Positions 13,950 to 26,065 of a DNA stretch of 64,000 nucleotides are shown here, one piece after another. The DNA is from Paraspadella gotoi. Its lineage: Eukaryota > Animalia > Chaetognatha. Where the stretch lies: NCBI GenBank assembly GCA_051294375.1, contig CM119265.1, forward strand, positions 778,089 to 842,088. The letters run 5' to 3'. A program made the position numbers and the translations under genes. The notes below the pieces were generated by a model. It saw nothing but the letters and a program-made list of their open reading frames with translations. It was not told where the DNA came from and ran no database searches. The stretch's first letter is position 1. Every line of letters starts with the position of its first letter.

Positions 13950-15010
13950 TTTTTCAACTTATATAATTTTTTTCATCTTGCATTAATTAATTTTTTCGAT
14001 AACTTGCATTAATTTTTAATTTGCATAATTTATTTAAATTGTATATATTTTTTCAGCTTGCATAATTTTTATCACTTTGCCATATTTTTTTCAGACTTGT
14101 AGTATATTTTGTTTTCGATTTTGCATTAATTTTTTTCAACTTGCATAATTTTTTTTTAATTTGCATAATTTTTAAATTGTATAATTTTTTTCAAACTTGC
14201 TAATTTTTTCAAACTTGTATAATTGTAATTTTTTAACCTTGCATAATTTTTTAATTTGCAATATTTTTTTTAAATTGCATATCATTTTTTCAACTTGCAT
14301 AATTTTTTTCAACTTGCTATAATTTTTTCAACTTGCTGATAATTTTTTCAACTTGTTATAGATTTTTTTAACTTGCATTAATTTTTCAACTTGCATAATT
14401 TTTTTAAACATTGCATAATTTTTCAAATTGCATAATTTTTTTCAACTTGTAAAATTTTTTTTTAACTTGCCATAATTTTTTTAATTTGCATAATTTTTTA
14501 AATTGCCATAAATTTTTTAAATTGCATAATTTTTCAACTTGCATAATTTTTTTCAAACTTGCATAATTTTTTAAACTTGTATAATTTTTTTAACTTGCAT
14601 AATTTTTTCAATTTTTGCATAATTTTTTTAAACTTGCATAATTTTTTCAATTTGCATAATTTTTTCAACTTTGCATTATTTTTTAACTTGCATAATTTTT
14701 TAACTTACATAGATTTTTTCAACTTGCATATTTTTTTTTAACTTGCATTAATTTTTTTTCAACTTGCATAATTTTTTCAACTTGCATAATTTTTTTCACT
14801 TGCATAATTTTTCAACTGCATAATTTTTTTCAACTTGTAATTAATTTTTTTCAACTTGCATAATTTTTTTAACGATTGCCATGAATTTTTGTTAACTTGC
14901 ATAAATTTTTTCAATTTGCATAATTTTTTAAACTTGCATAATTTTTTTCAAATTTTAAATTTTTAAACTTGCATAATTTTTCAACTTGCATAATTTTTTC
15001 AACTGCAAAT
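13950..15010. repeat. Satellite of ~18-20-bp unit AACTTGCATAATTTTTT(C)
   Basis: Directly visible tandem array ending at an assembly gap. The same unit occurs inside HINE copies (34580-34700, 44560-44610). Confidence 0.95.
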
Positions 15011-15044
15011 TAGATTAAGTACTTTTCATTAATTTTCTTGAATA

Positions 15045-15069
15045 NNNNNNNNNNNNNNNNNNNNNNNNN
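15045..15069. other. Assembly gap (others at 42976-43000, 55549-55558, 56328-56352, 56994-57003)
   Basis: Runs of N. Confidence 1.
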
Positions 15070-15463
15070 TCTATAATGTTTAGGATTGCTTCTTTGTGAC
15101 GTAGTCGTCGTCGTCGTCGTCGTCGTCGTCGCGTCGTCGTCCGTCACGCTGTTTTTTACTATAAAAAGTACTACGCTTTTATAGGTTTGGCTGTGACTTA
15201 CCGTTTTTTTTTTAAATAAAAATTATTATAATTATGATAGAGTTTTACAAAAGTGTGCAATCATAGTAAGTTAAAAATTTAGATATGGCTTCTCATTTAA
15301 AATAGCTTTGATCTTTTCTCATTACATTTGGATTTAAGTATTTTTTTGTTTGAATTTCCACTTCATTATGATTTACTGCAATATGCAAATGAGATTATAG
15401 TACTCATTATAATATCCAAATTAGTATATAGAAATGCTTTAATCTAATTTACATATTGCAGTA

Positions 15464-15776
15464 TATCATCGGGGCAGGCAGAATCAAGCCAACCAATAAG
15501 CAAATCGGATCAAAAGGCACGTTGAATCCCACAGAATTGGAATCATGAATTTGGTTGAAGGCGGAATCCGGAATCGACCAATCAGCTTGCAGAAACAATG
15601 GATTGTAAAAAATACCCCTTGCCCTCTGATCCTCTTCTCTAGAATAAATAGACCTAGCTTCCTTAAGTTTCGTAGAATTGATTACTGGACTCCTGCGCGT
15701 GTCCCACCGTCACATTTTATTCTCAGAATAAAATCTCGTTTTAGTATTCACCAAAAACCATGAGTTTTTCCTTAAA
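15464..15776 (+). repeat. 5' LTR of the Gypsy-type element
   Basis: Aligns with 23613-23916; contains ATAAATA and AATAAA. Exact ends uncertain. Confidence 0.85.
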
Positions 15777-18700
15777 TGTGGTGACAGGACTTCTGGGCAA
15801 GACTCACCACTACCTCCGAAAAGCCAACAACGACCACGCCACCTCCAAATGGATCCTATGCCCAGCTTCGCACCTCCGCCGCGGAAAACCTCCACCGGCA
15901 ATTCCCAGCGCCAAAAGGAAATTGGACGGAATGGCGGGATCCAAACAAACAACGCCAAAAGTTGTCCACCCGACGATGACGTAGCAGTGTGGAAGAACGA
16001 CGACTAATCGTACGTTCGAGATGCCCGCCGCAGAGCCCCGAATTGGCAAAGCACTGCAGACCTCACCAAGAAGGAGTCATCGCAAAACAGATCATGCAAA
16101 TCGGTCAACGAAGCAAATATAAGAATCAAAATAAAATAGATTCGTCCCACCAAAGAACTTCTACGCTTGGACTCAAAAATAAATTCCATGGACAAAAACA
16201 TGGTGGAGGTGGGTCCAAAACTGAACGCCCATCCTCGTCAAGACTGGGTATATCAACATCGAAGAGGCATCACAGGCCAAGGCCTCCACCGGCGTCGTCG
16301 ATCTAAACCCCACGCTTCCCGGTACACACCATCAACACGTTGAGATGCCTATTCAACGCAATTTTAAGGTAAAAATACAGACCTTCACGACGACGTCAGA
16401 TCGGAAGGCGGCGCCAGTGAGCCGCCAAGCTATACCTCCATGAAAGCCCAAATCAAATTGGAAAAAAAGAGGAAAAGATGAAACCCGGAGCAATATCTCC
16501 GAACTTTTATCAGCCTTACAGAAATTCCACGGGCGTCGCCCAACAAGATTGACGAGCAGCTCCGAGCCATCCTTGCCCAAGACAAGAAGGGCGACGAGAA
16601 TTTACAAATTGAAATCAACAACAGCCGCTGGCTCGGACTACGCGCAATTTTGAAGCCTCCTCCCTGTCGATAGCTGAAGCAGATAAGTTGGCAACGACTC
16701 ATCCGTCGACCCGTCGATCCAGCTCCAGATACGGAGTCGCCCTCGTAAAATAAGCCTCGAAAAATATGAAAATGTTCGTGAGAAAAGATAAAGCGTCTAT
16801 TCCAGATTTATGCCTGCGCGGCTGCTCCTCGTGAAAGCCTTGGACCTTATATGCATGGAATAACGACCAAAACTCTGGAATGGACTTATTTTGTTAGAAC
16901 GTCAACAATATTCTCGACCTTGACGGAGAGATCGAATACAGGTTAAAAGGTTACCTGACAGCGGCGCCGAACCGAAGGATAAGGAAAACAGTTCAACACG
17001 GTTTCTGGAGAGGATAAAGAGAAATTGGTCAGTGCCCTTGTCACCAAGGGCCTCAACCGACCAGGACCAACAGGCTAGCGCCACAGCCTTTTATCAAGGA
17101 ACATGCATCCAAGAATTAAATAACGTAAACTGAATCTATCAGGGAAATGCGGCGCCAAATCGAAAAACCGACTCGTTTCAAGGATGACCACGGCGAACGA
17201 CGCCGCGATGACCGCCTGCTACAATGACCGCGATGACCGCCGCTACAGCGACCGCACGTTTCGACGACCGCCGCCAAGACGACGCCACTACGACGACCGC
17301 CAGCGTGGAGAAACAAAGCGCTTCGAGAAAGGCCCCAACTCAAAGGGAACCTGGAAAAACTATAAAGGCGGCCGAGGTTGGCGCGATGATTGATAATAAA
17401 GAGGAAGAGATTCTCGAAATTCGAAAAGAACGGGATGTTGTTTTTGTAAATGAAGATTTAGATAATTGATTCCACTGATGATGATACTTTCATGTTAATA
17501 AAAAAAATTGTAGCTACACCCGTCGTCGTTGACCAGAGAAAGAGAAAGACAGAAAGAAACCAAAGCCAACTAAAGCAAGCTTATCAAAGACTGGGCAAAG
17601 CAGATAAGCTCAAAGGAAGCCTTCATCGAAAATAGACAGATGTACTTAGAATGAATAAAGGCTTGGCAGAAAATTGCAAATAGCTTTCAAAGGAAGGTCA
17701 ACATCAGCGAGAATGCATAGTGCTCCAGTACTATCAAGCGGCGAGATGAACTGATAGTAATAAACAATAATGATTCATCAAATGGGCTGGAGAAACTGAA
17801 CGAATCCAGTGAAGGCGAAAAGAGAGGCCAGAATTAACCGATCTAAAGCCTGCGCCAAGCTAGCCAGAAGGGCGGAAACGAAAAGAAATAAAAAACGATA
17901 CTACTTCCTCCCTCCTCCTCCTTCAACTTCCATCTTCCTGCTCCTCCTCCGATTCAACACAACAAAAAGGCCAACCCTCAAGGCGATGCGAGCGCCTTGG
18001 GCTCAGGAGATTAAGCCTACAGGGCGGACGTGTCAACCGCGACATATAACATTATCAAAGGCGAGTTTAATGGAATCCCCTTCATCAGTGCCACTATTAG
18101 GGAATAGAAACTGAAATTCACGAACCAGAAATTTCCTCCGCCTCAACCGAGCGCCATAACACAACGAAAGATGAGAAAGAATTACCTCCCTTGCCAACTA
18201 AGGTGAGTGCAAGGGTCATGCACTGAGACCAAAGCCCGGCGCCACGTGACACACCGGAAATGCGTTACACGCTGGAAAAAACAGTTACATCCCGTCGTCA
18301 TTAGTGTGCCCCAGCAAGCTGCTTATATGATACAGGGGCTCTATAAACACTATCCCAAGGAAATTTGTCGAAAAATGGGTTTAGCCACTCAAATTTATTC
18401 ACGGAAAAGCGTTTAAAGCTCTTCGACAGCTACCGGGAGCCATCATAATTGGACTGAGAGGATAAATGTCAGGATAATGTTCAAACCTGGATCTTGAAAA
18501 CAGTGTTTTATATCTCAGCTGATGAAAACGACCAGGACATCATTATCGGCAGCGGCAATTACCAACCCTGGCCCACCCAACCAAATGTGGGTGTACAACC
18601 ATACAATAACAAGAGATGATCAACAGATGGCGTCCGAGGATGAAAACCCATCACTCATCTCTTTCAAAGACAAGCAGCGAAGGCACTCAAGCAGCCAGAT

Positions 18701-21700
18701 GGATGGCTAGAAGAAATATCGACGACAAATTGAGCTCCCACCACCACGTTCAAAAGGAGAAGATGGTCAAATGAGGTTAATGCTGACCGATTTATTGGAA
18801 ACGTTAGCCGCTCAAGATGGTATACATAGTCAATCAAACGGTGAAAAGATCCACATAGTGAATGGGACGACCTCAGAGATGGCGTCGAGGTAAAGGCCAA
18901 CCCAGGAAAATGGGGCTATGCCTTCCCCTAATAACAACCGAGGCAAAATCAAACTTGGTCTAGAGACTGACAACGCGCGTCGACCGGTCCAAGCTGATCT
19001 TAAGCGGAGAGAAACCACACTCAGAAAGGTGAGAAAGGAGATATCCCGGCCAACAACGCATTGTTCATCACAAACCCACCGAAGAATGAACTAAGAAGCG
19101 GTAAGAAAGAGCTGGCCAAGCCCGAAAAGAAACATAGATGCAAGAGGAAAAGAGGCTTTTTAAAATCCTTTCAGCGATGTTGATCCTTCCCTAGCCGATA
19201 AAGCTCCACTAGTATGGGAAATAGTGGGGAATTTCAAGAGATGTTTTCGGGCGAAAGCATCAATGACGCAAGGAACGATTTTTTAAATTACAAGGTCGAC
19301 CTTGGATTTAGCTGAGGAGGGGGATCTCCCCAAACCACGTTTTGTTAAATAAGGACCAGTCAGAAGGAGCTTTAAACGTTACCTCGAGTGTATAGAGAAT
19401 GCCGGAATCGTTTCCGAAGCAGAAATGAAGCATTCGAACGCCTTTCTAAATATAAGAACCAGGCCCACATTAGCGGTAGGGACAAGATGAAATGTCCGAT
19501 GAAACATTTGCAAAACAGTGGAGAATGATATGCGACTTATCGGCTGTCAATAACAATATCTCCACTTACGCAACGGAACGCACAAACAATAACTTCGATC
19601 CTTGAACAATATAAACCTCATGAACTCCAATGGCTCACTGGTATATTAGCTGCTTCCATCAGGTAAACCTCACGGAAAGATGCAAGCGCGTCCCCACCTT
19701 CGCCGGAGCTGGTCATAACTGGTGGATGAACAAGCTCCGCAATGGGAGGTGTAAATAGTGTAAATGTTTGCGCAAGCTATTCTCTGATGAGATTTTCAAA
19801 AAAGATCTTGGAAAAGCGTAAAGAGTTTCTTAGGTATACGTGGCATGACTTAATCCTTACCGCCAATATCGCGGAAGACATGGCCGAAAGATTACGGTGA
19901 GCTGCTTAAAATGCAGAGATGAAAATGTGTGCTCAAATGGACGAAGAGTGTACTACTTGGAAAGAGGATTTATCAAGTCCTCGGCTTCAGCATTTCCAAC
20001 AGGCAAGCTCCTCCCCCAAAGGGAAAAACATGCGAGGCTGCGGAAATCAAACTCAAAAACATAAAGACTTCCAGAAAGACCTCGAGGGCTATGTTGGCCT
20101 CACTAAACTATTACAGATGTTTCACACGATCAGATTTTCGTATATAGGCAGCAACCTTTACATGCTCTCACATTGGCTGGACAAAAGGAATTTCAAAATT
20201 AACTGAAAGCCACAAAGAAATGCTCCAGCTTTCTCATTGAAGGAAATCAAACCTCACCGGGGCGTCAATTTTCTCATGATAAAGAATCAGGCAAGGCTCT
20301 ATAGCAGGATTTATGCTGATGCAAGCTCCACAGCAATGGGCGGGCTGATAACAGCCACAGCTGATGGAATAGAGGTACCCTCTTTCCTTTCACTCGAAAT
20401 CCTTCCCCGAAGAATATCGAATCAAAGCACATTAAACATCCTCGAGACGCTGGCATTCAACATGATGGTGAGGCAGTACAAGGCTACCGTGCGGCCGAAG
20501 AGTCACCTTGGTAGGACTCTCATACTTCAAGATCATGGACCTCCCAACACGTATAAGCAGCAATTACTTCACCACAAACGTCCTCCGATGGATAACGGAG
20601 ATAAAACAGGAGTGCAACCAAGAGGAAGTTGTGCTGTGAAGAGCGAAGACAAGCCCAGCCGACCTTCCTCACACCGCTATTGGCTTGCAACAAGGTCAAT
20701 CACACCCTTGGTATCTACTCCCTTCTTCCCCGCTGGTTTTGACGTAGAGGCAATTACGAACGCTGGATATGCCGAAACCGCAGCTGGGGACAGCGAGACG
20801 CCAACACACCGTTGACCTAATCACGTGGGCCACGCCCAACACTCACCTTGATGGCGGGCAAATTCTCAGAACAGGAAACTAAAGTCTTCAAGAACTAGAT
20901 TTTTTGAGTTCACAAGACAAAAGCTTTGAAAAAGAAAAGAAATATGGAGAACTTTAACGGAAAAACCAAAACGAAAGATGCAGATACTTCATTCGGCACA
21001 TATATCAGCAAAAGACCTGGACCTCGGTCATCCAGAGCTCGAGATTGCTGGCCGAGATGACCGGGCATCAACATCGTATGCTTGACGAAGACTAAACACA
21101 AGGCCAAACTGGTTGCAAGTATGAACGGCCATTACCGGGCTAAACCGAGGCGGACAGAAACGATAAAGGTTTTTCCAGAAACCATCACAGGCCAGGTCAG
21201 CTTAGTTGGTGATTCTGAAAGAATCAAATCAATTACGCCCAATAAAGCCGCGTGACTTGAAGGTCATCGAACTAGGAAATCTAAAACCTAGCCCGAAAAC
21301 AGAGGAAGACGCAAAGAAGGGCAAAAGAGCAGAATACGAAACACATTAGTGAAGCTCCGACGGACTTATTAAACATACTGCATCAAACCAAATGGAAACA
21401 GTGATATGTCAACGAAGGCACCTTCTGATTTATTACATATAAATTTCGGAGACGCCTACGACGCATCCTCCCATAACAAGGCGGAAATGACGAAAACGAT
21501 GTGGTAGAAAAAGTCCCATAAACTGGCAGGAGCAGAAGAGGAAGCATTCATCGACAGCGCCATGGAAGGCGGATGTTGACGTTACTCTCACGAGAACTTG
21601 AAGAGGAATTGCAGAATCCAGACATAAAAATTTTTTTTCGTTAATCCCAATGGCACGGGAAGTCAAAGATTGGCAACAAGCTAATGATTCATTCAAAAAA

Positions 21701-23377
21701 GTCATAAACAAAATAAAAGAAGGCACAAGGAAGAAGCGAAAGACGTGCTCAGTAAAACGAAAGAAAAGGAAAAAACGGCAGAAAGATATCTCTTCCAACT
21801 GCCTTGAGGATCTAGAAGTACCCCGGAACAATCCTCATCTCAGGGGTTACAAAAGGCGACACATGCCCACCCACAGATTCGTTGGTCCCTCCCGAGAAGG
21901 CAGAAGTAATACGACGAAACGTCTACAACAAACCATTTTGGGCACCCTGGGCGAGACAGAACAGCCTTCATACACGGTCAATTACATCTCGCGCCTGGAC
22001 TAGCGACTGGCAGCGGCTAAAAGTGGTAAGAAATGCGAAAATTGTGCAATGGCAACCGACAACAAAAAAACAATGAAACACACGTCGGCATCAAATCTCG
22101 CTATTTCACCGTGGGATCTCTATGCATCGATGTGATGCCCTCCCAAGCCGTCTCCAGGCTACAAATATTGCCCTCATCGCTTCTGACAATGCACTCCGCA
22201 TATACCTGGGCAATCCACTCAAACGCGCGATGCGACAGTTTTGATAAAAAGCATTAGATGAAAAATATTTTCCTTCTATCACGGATCTTATCTTGAGTCA
22301 ACTTCGACGGGCGCACTCAACTCATGGCTCCACATGAAATCGATCCTAAATCTCCTAGATTTGTTGGCCGAAAAGTCTTAGTGAAGAAAAACAGGCAAAA
22401 GGGCCGAAAGGGATATCGCAGGATCAGGCAAGCCTACGGCAAAGGCCATAAAGTAGTAAAGATCAACCAAATCATGGCTTGAAGTACATACCGACAACTA
22501 ATGTTACTCTTAAAGTGCTACGCCATAGTCGGCTGAAAAACCGACATGTCTCCTCATGAGATCCATTCGGACATAAGGCCAAGGTTGTCGAAATGCTGAC
22601 GACTACACAAAAAGATATCACTCGTCGACTATGTGTAGAAACAGAGCAGACAACGCGAAACAGCTGAAAAACTACTGAGCAGGCAAAACCTCTTCAGACA
22701 AAGTTTCCTCGACAGTAATCCTTATAGAAAGCCAAAAAGATAAAGTGGAGACCTCGTATTGGCAAGACGGGAATCTCGTAACCAGCGCGCAACCCTCGCT
22801 GAAAACAAGGTGAAACGCATCTACACGGGCCCGCGCACAAAGTCATTCAGAAAGATGAAAAATCATTACGTTATCCCCTGCATAAAATGGTCAAAGGTCA
22901 AGTACATAGACGTCGTTAAAAAACTACCCTGCGCAAAACGAGGACTCTAATCGAATAATATTAATAGGTCTCACCAGTAATACTCAACTAGTTGTAACAA
23001 CAAAATAATTGATAGACAAAAACAACAATTGTATATCTCTCCTTCTTATCACGTAGCCTATCATCGTATCACTAACGCCATTTATTTATTTTTTCTCTCT
23101 CGTTATCTTCATTATCTCGTTATCCTCGTTATCTTCTTAGTCGCCTCAACACTTGATTTTTAGAACAAAAGCAGAACAATTTCTCTAACTCTAACATACA
23201 AAAAAAAAAAGAATTCAAAAAAGAAAACGACGCGCAACGAAACAAAAACAAAAGCCACGACGAAGAGAGCAGAATGATTTCCTCTAACTGGCTTCAAACA
23301 AAAAAAGAACGACGCGCACAAAAAAAACAAAAGCCACGACGAAGAAAGCAGTTCCAAAGCTGGCCCAAAACTGGCTT

Positions 23378-23418
<41 letters not shown>

Positions 23419-23612
23419 AATCGACTTCAACAAAAAGTTTGTCGGAAAGATGCCCTGATGGGATTAAGAAGCCAACGCCACTAATCCCTCCCAATCTTAC
23501 GTCTTCGATCGCTGCCAAAACGACGACCAAGAAATCCCAGAGGAATCCACAGACAGTTTTCAGACTCGCACGGTCAACTGACCCCTCCCGTGCTCCTCGG
23601 GGAGAGGGGGGA

Positions 23613-23916
23613 TCACATCGCAGGAGACACAGCCAACCAAAAGCAAATCGGATCAAAGGCACGTTTTGAATCCCACAGAATTGGAATCATGATGGTTGAG
23701 GCGGAATCGGAATCGACCAATCAGCTTGCAGAAACAATGGATTTGTAAAAAATACCCCTTGCTCTGATCCTCTTCTCTAGATATTAAATAGACCTAGCTT
23801 CCTTAGTTTCAGTAGAATTGATCTGGACTCCTGCGCGTGTCTCACCGTCACTATTTTATTCTCAGAATAAAATCTCGTTTTAGTATTCACCAAAAACCCA
23901 TGAGTTTTTCCTTAAA
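23613..23916 (+). repeat. 3' LTR of the Gypsy-type element
   Basis: Follows the PPT; aligns with 15464-15776. Confidence 0.85.
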
Positions 23917-24244
23917 TGATATAATATTGAAGATGAAATTCAAAAAATTTTTTTAAATTTCTAATAAAAATGGGAACTCAAAGGATTTTTTTAATGAGAA
24001 GCTATATCTTGAATTTTAATACAAATAAAAATAAAATCTTTTACAAGCTGCGATTGGAAAAAATTGAGAAAAATTTCAATTGTAAACCATTGTAACATTT
24101 TTGCCTTTCTAAGGTCTGGCGAGATCACTATACTTTTAAGATTTTTTATTCTTTTTCATCATTGAACGATAAAGTTTTAGTTAAACCAGATCCAGAGAAA
24201 GAAGAGATTAATCGTTAAATGGACGAAGATCCCTTGCGAAAGAA

Positions 24245-24295
<51 letters not shown>

Positions 24296-24400
24296 AAAAA
24301 CGGGAAAGTTCAAGTCGTTTGGCTGCATTGACTTTCTTAGAGCTCCTCCACGAAGAGAGAAAAAAATCTATACCTCATTCTCCTTCAGCGAAAGTATTAT

Positions 24401-25150
24401 TTTTTAGTCGGATCTGCTTGTCAGCAGATCCCGACTCTATAATCCACTTTGTCAGTCCGTCTGTAGAATATTTTTTACTTCGTTTCGAAAACTGATCTTT
24501 TGTTTGCCCCGTCTCTCGTCCTATTTTTTTAATTGGGTTTACAGACGATTTCACTTCACGTTACAGTTTTTTGCTGCTTCGAATTTAATGCCAAATTGTC
24601 TGCTTATTCAACGCCGTTTATTTCTAAAGTTAAAATGTATATTTTTATGCTTATGTAATTGCCAAATTTCTATAAAGTTCGACGTGTATACAAGGTCCGT
24701 TTAAGAGGAAGGGTCAATCACCATTAGACCTTTCCATATATAAAAAGTTTTGAAATTAAAAAACGAGTATTGTGTAAAATTAACGGTTAACGAAACTCTA
24801 GTCCCACCTTAGCAAAAAACTCCAATTACTCGTGATTGGATTGATGGATTGGAATGAAATTTTGTGTGTGGGTAGGGAGGTGTGTGATTGAGCTGGATAT
24901 GAAGTTTTGATGGAATCGTGGGAGTGGAAATGAGTTTAAATGTAAAAAAAACCGGCTTCACTAATTGATTATGTTTATTTTTCTTTTAATATTAAATGTA
25001 AATGTAAGATGTATTAATTAATAAAATAATTAATCAGTTAATTAGACACTAATCAATCAATTTATTTATCTATTAATTAATTATTCAATCAATCAATTTA
25101 TTTCTCAATTAATTAATTATTTAATCAATCAAACAATCAATCAAGTCAAT
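24401..25150 (+). mobile_element. Helentron-type non-autonomous element (HINE/DINE-1-like), rearranged copy
   Basis: 5' motif TTTTAGTCGGATCTGC..GCAGATCCCGACTCTATAA and internal core (CTCGTGATTGGA..TGGAATGAAATTTTGTG) shared with other copies. Interrupted by a segment that is the inverse of 57040-57305. Confidence 0.6.
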
Positions 25151-25422
25151 CGTTATCGCCATCATCGTCGTCGTTGTTTTTGTCGTGATCAGTGACGAAA
25201 AGACCTAAAAACAAACATTTTGGATCAAATTATTAAATTAATTAATTGCTTAATTAATTAACTTAAATTAATTAATTAAATATTTATTTACCGCTAATGA
25301 TCGTGTTAGTAGTATGTGCAGTATTTTGTTTAATATTAGTAAAAGTTAACCAATATATATAATGTATAAAAAGACTAATTTTTTTTTCACCAAACGAGAT
25401 ACCTTTCTTTTTATCCACTGTG

Positions 25423-25476
<54 letters not shown>

Positions 25477-26065
25477 CACCCAAAGGACGAGGGACAAAAA
25501 CTGTTTGCGACTCTTATTTCTTGTAACTGACATAAGCCGACTTCTGTAAAACGGTACCCACATACCTCAATATTTTTTCCCTTTATTATAAAAGTTTTAA
25601 AAATAATAAGTAAAAATAATAAGTAAAATTTAAAAAAAGAAACTTTTCTGTCGGTCGGTCTGTCTGTCCGTCGATCTGTCTCAGTTAAAAATGCTTAAAA
25701 TTCGCCTATATAAGGGACTGCTAGCGCCGCCTTCAGGAACTCAATAAACTATATTGATTTAAAGACGGAATTTCGAAGCAGTGCGTATCATAAATACATA
25801 TGCTAAAATAGTTATTGTAGTCATGTCATGTCATGTGATCAAATGTGCGCAACACATTGGATAAACCGATCTCGTTTTTAAAATCCTCGTCATTACCATC
25901 ATAATCTTAAGTTTCCAAAGAAACTTATTCTTTATTTATGAACTGATTTCTTCTGTCCAATATTTACTTTTCATTAAATAAAAATCCTTTTCAGTTAAAT
26001 TTGAACAAAACAAAAAAATTCAATCTTAGTCTTTGGCCAACGACGCTCGTGAACAAATAATAAAA

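Larger units (their letters stand above)
15464..23916 (+). mobile_element. Ty3/Gypsy-type LTR retrotransposon, full length but heavily frameshifted
   Basis: Direct repeats ~15464-15776 and ~23613-23916. PBS TGGTGACAGGAC 15779-15790. PPT GGGGAGAGGGGGGA 23599-23612. Fragmentary pol motifs in RT-RH-INT order: YADD-like ~19867, GYVGLTNYYRCF ~20087, IYADASSTAMGG / LETLA / PAD (RNase H) 20300-20670, VVRKCENCA and GSLCID (integrase) 22020-22130. Confidence 0.85.
15230..24050. mobile_element. Palindromic MITE-like element split by the Gypsy insertion (arms ~15230-15460 and ~23920-24050)
   Basis: Left flank AAAATTTAGATATGGCTTCTCATTTAAAATAGCTTTGA is an imperfect inverted copy of right flank TCAAAGGATTTTTTTAATGAGAAGCTATATCTTGAATTTT. 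Confidence 0.5.
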
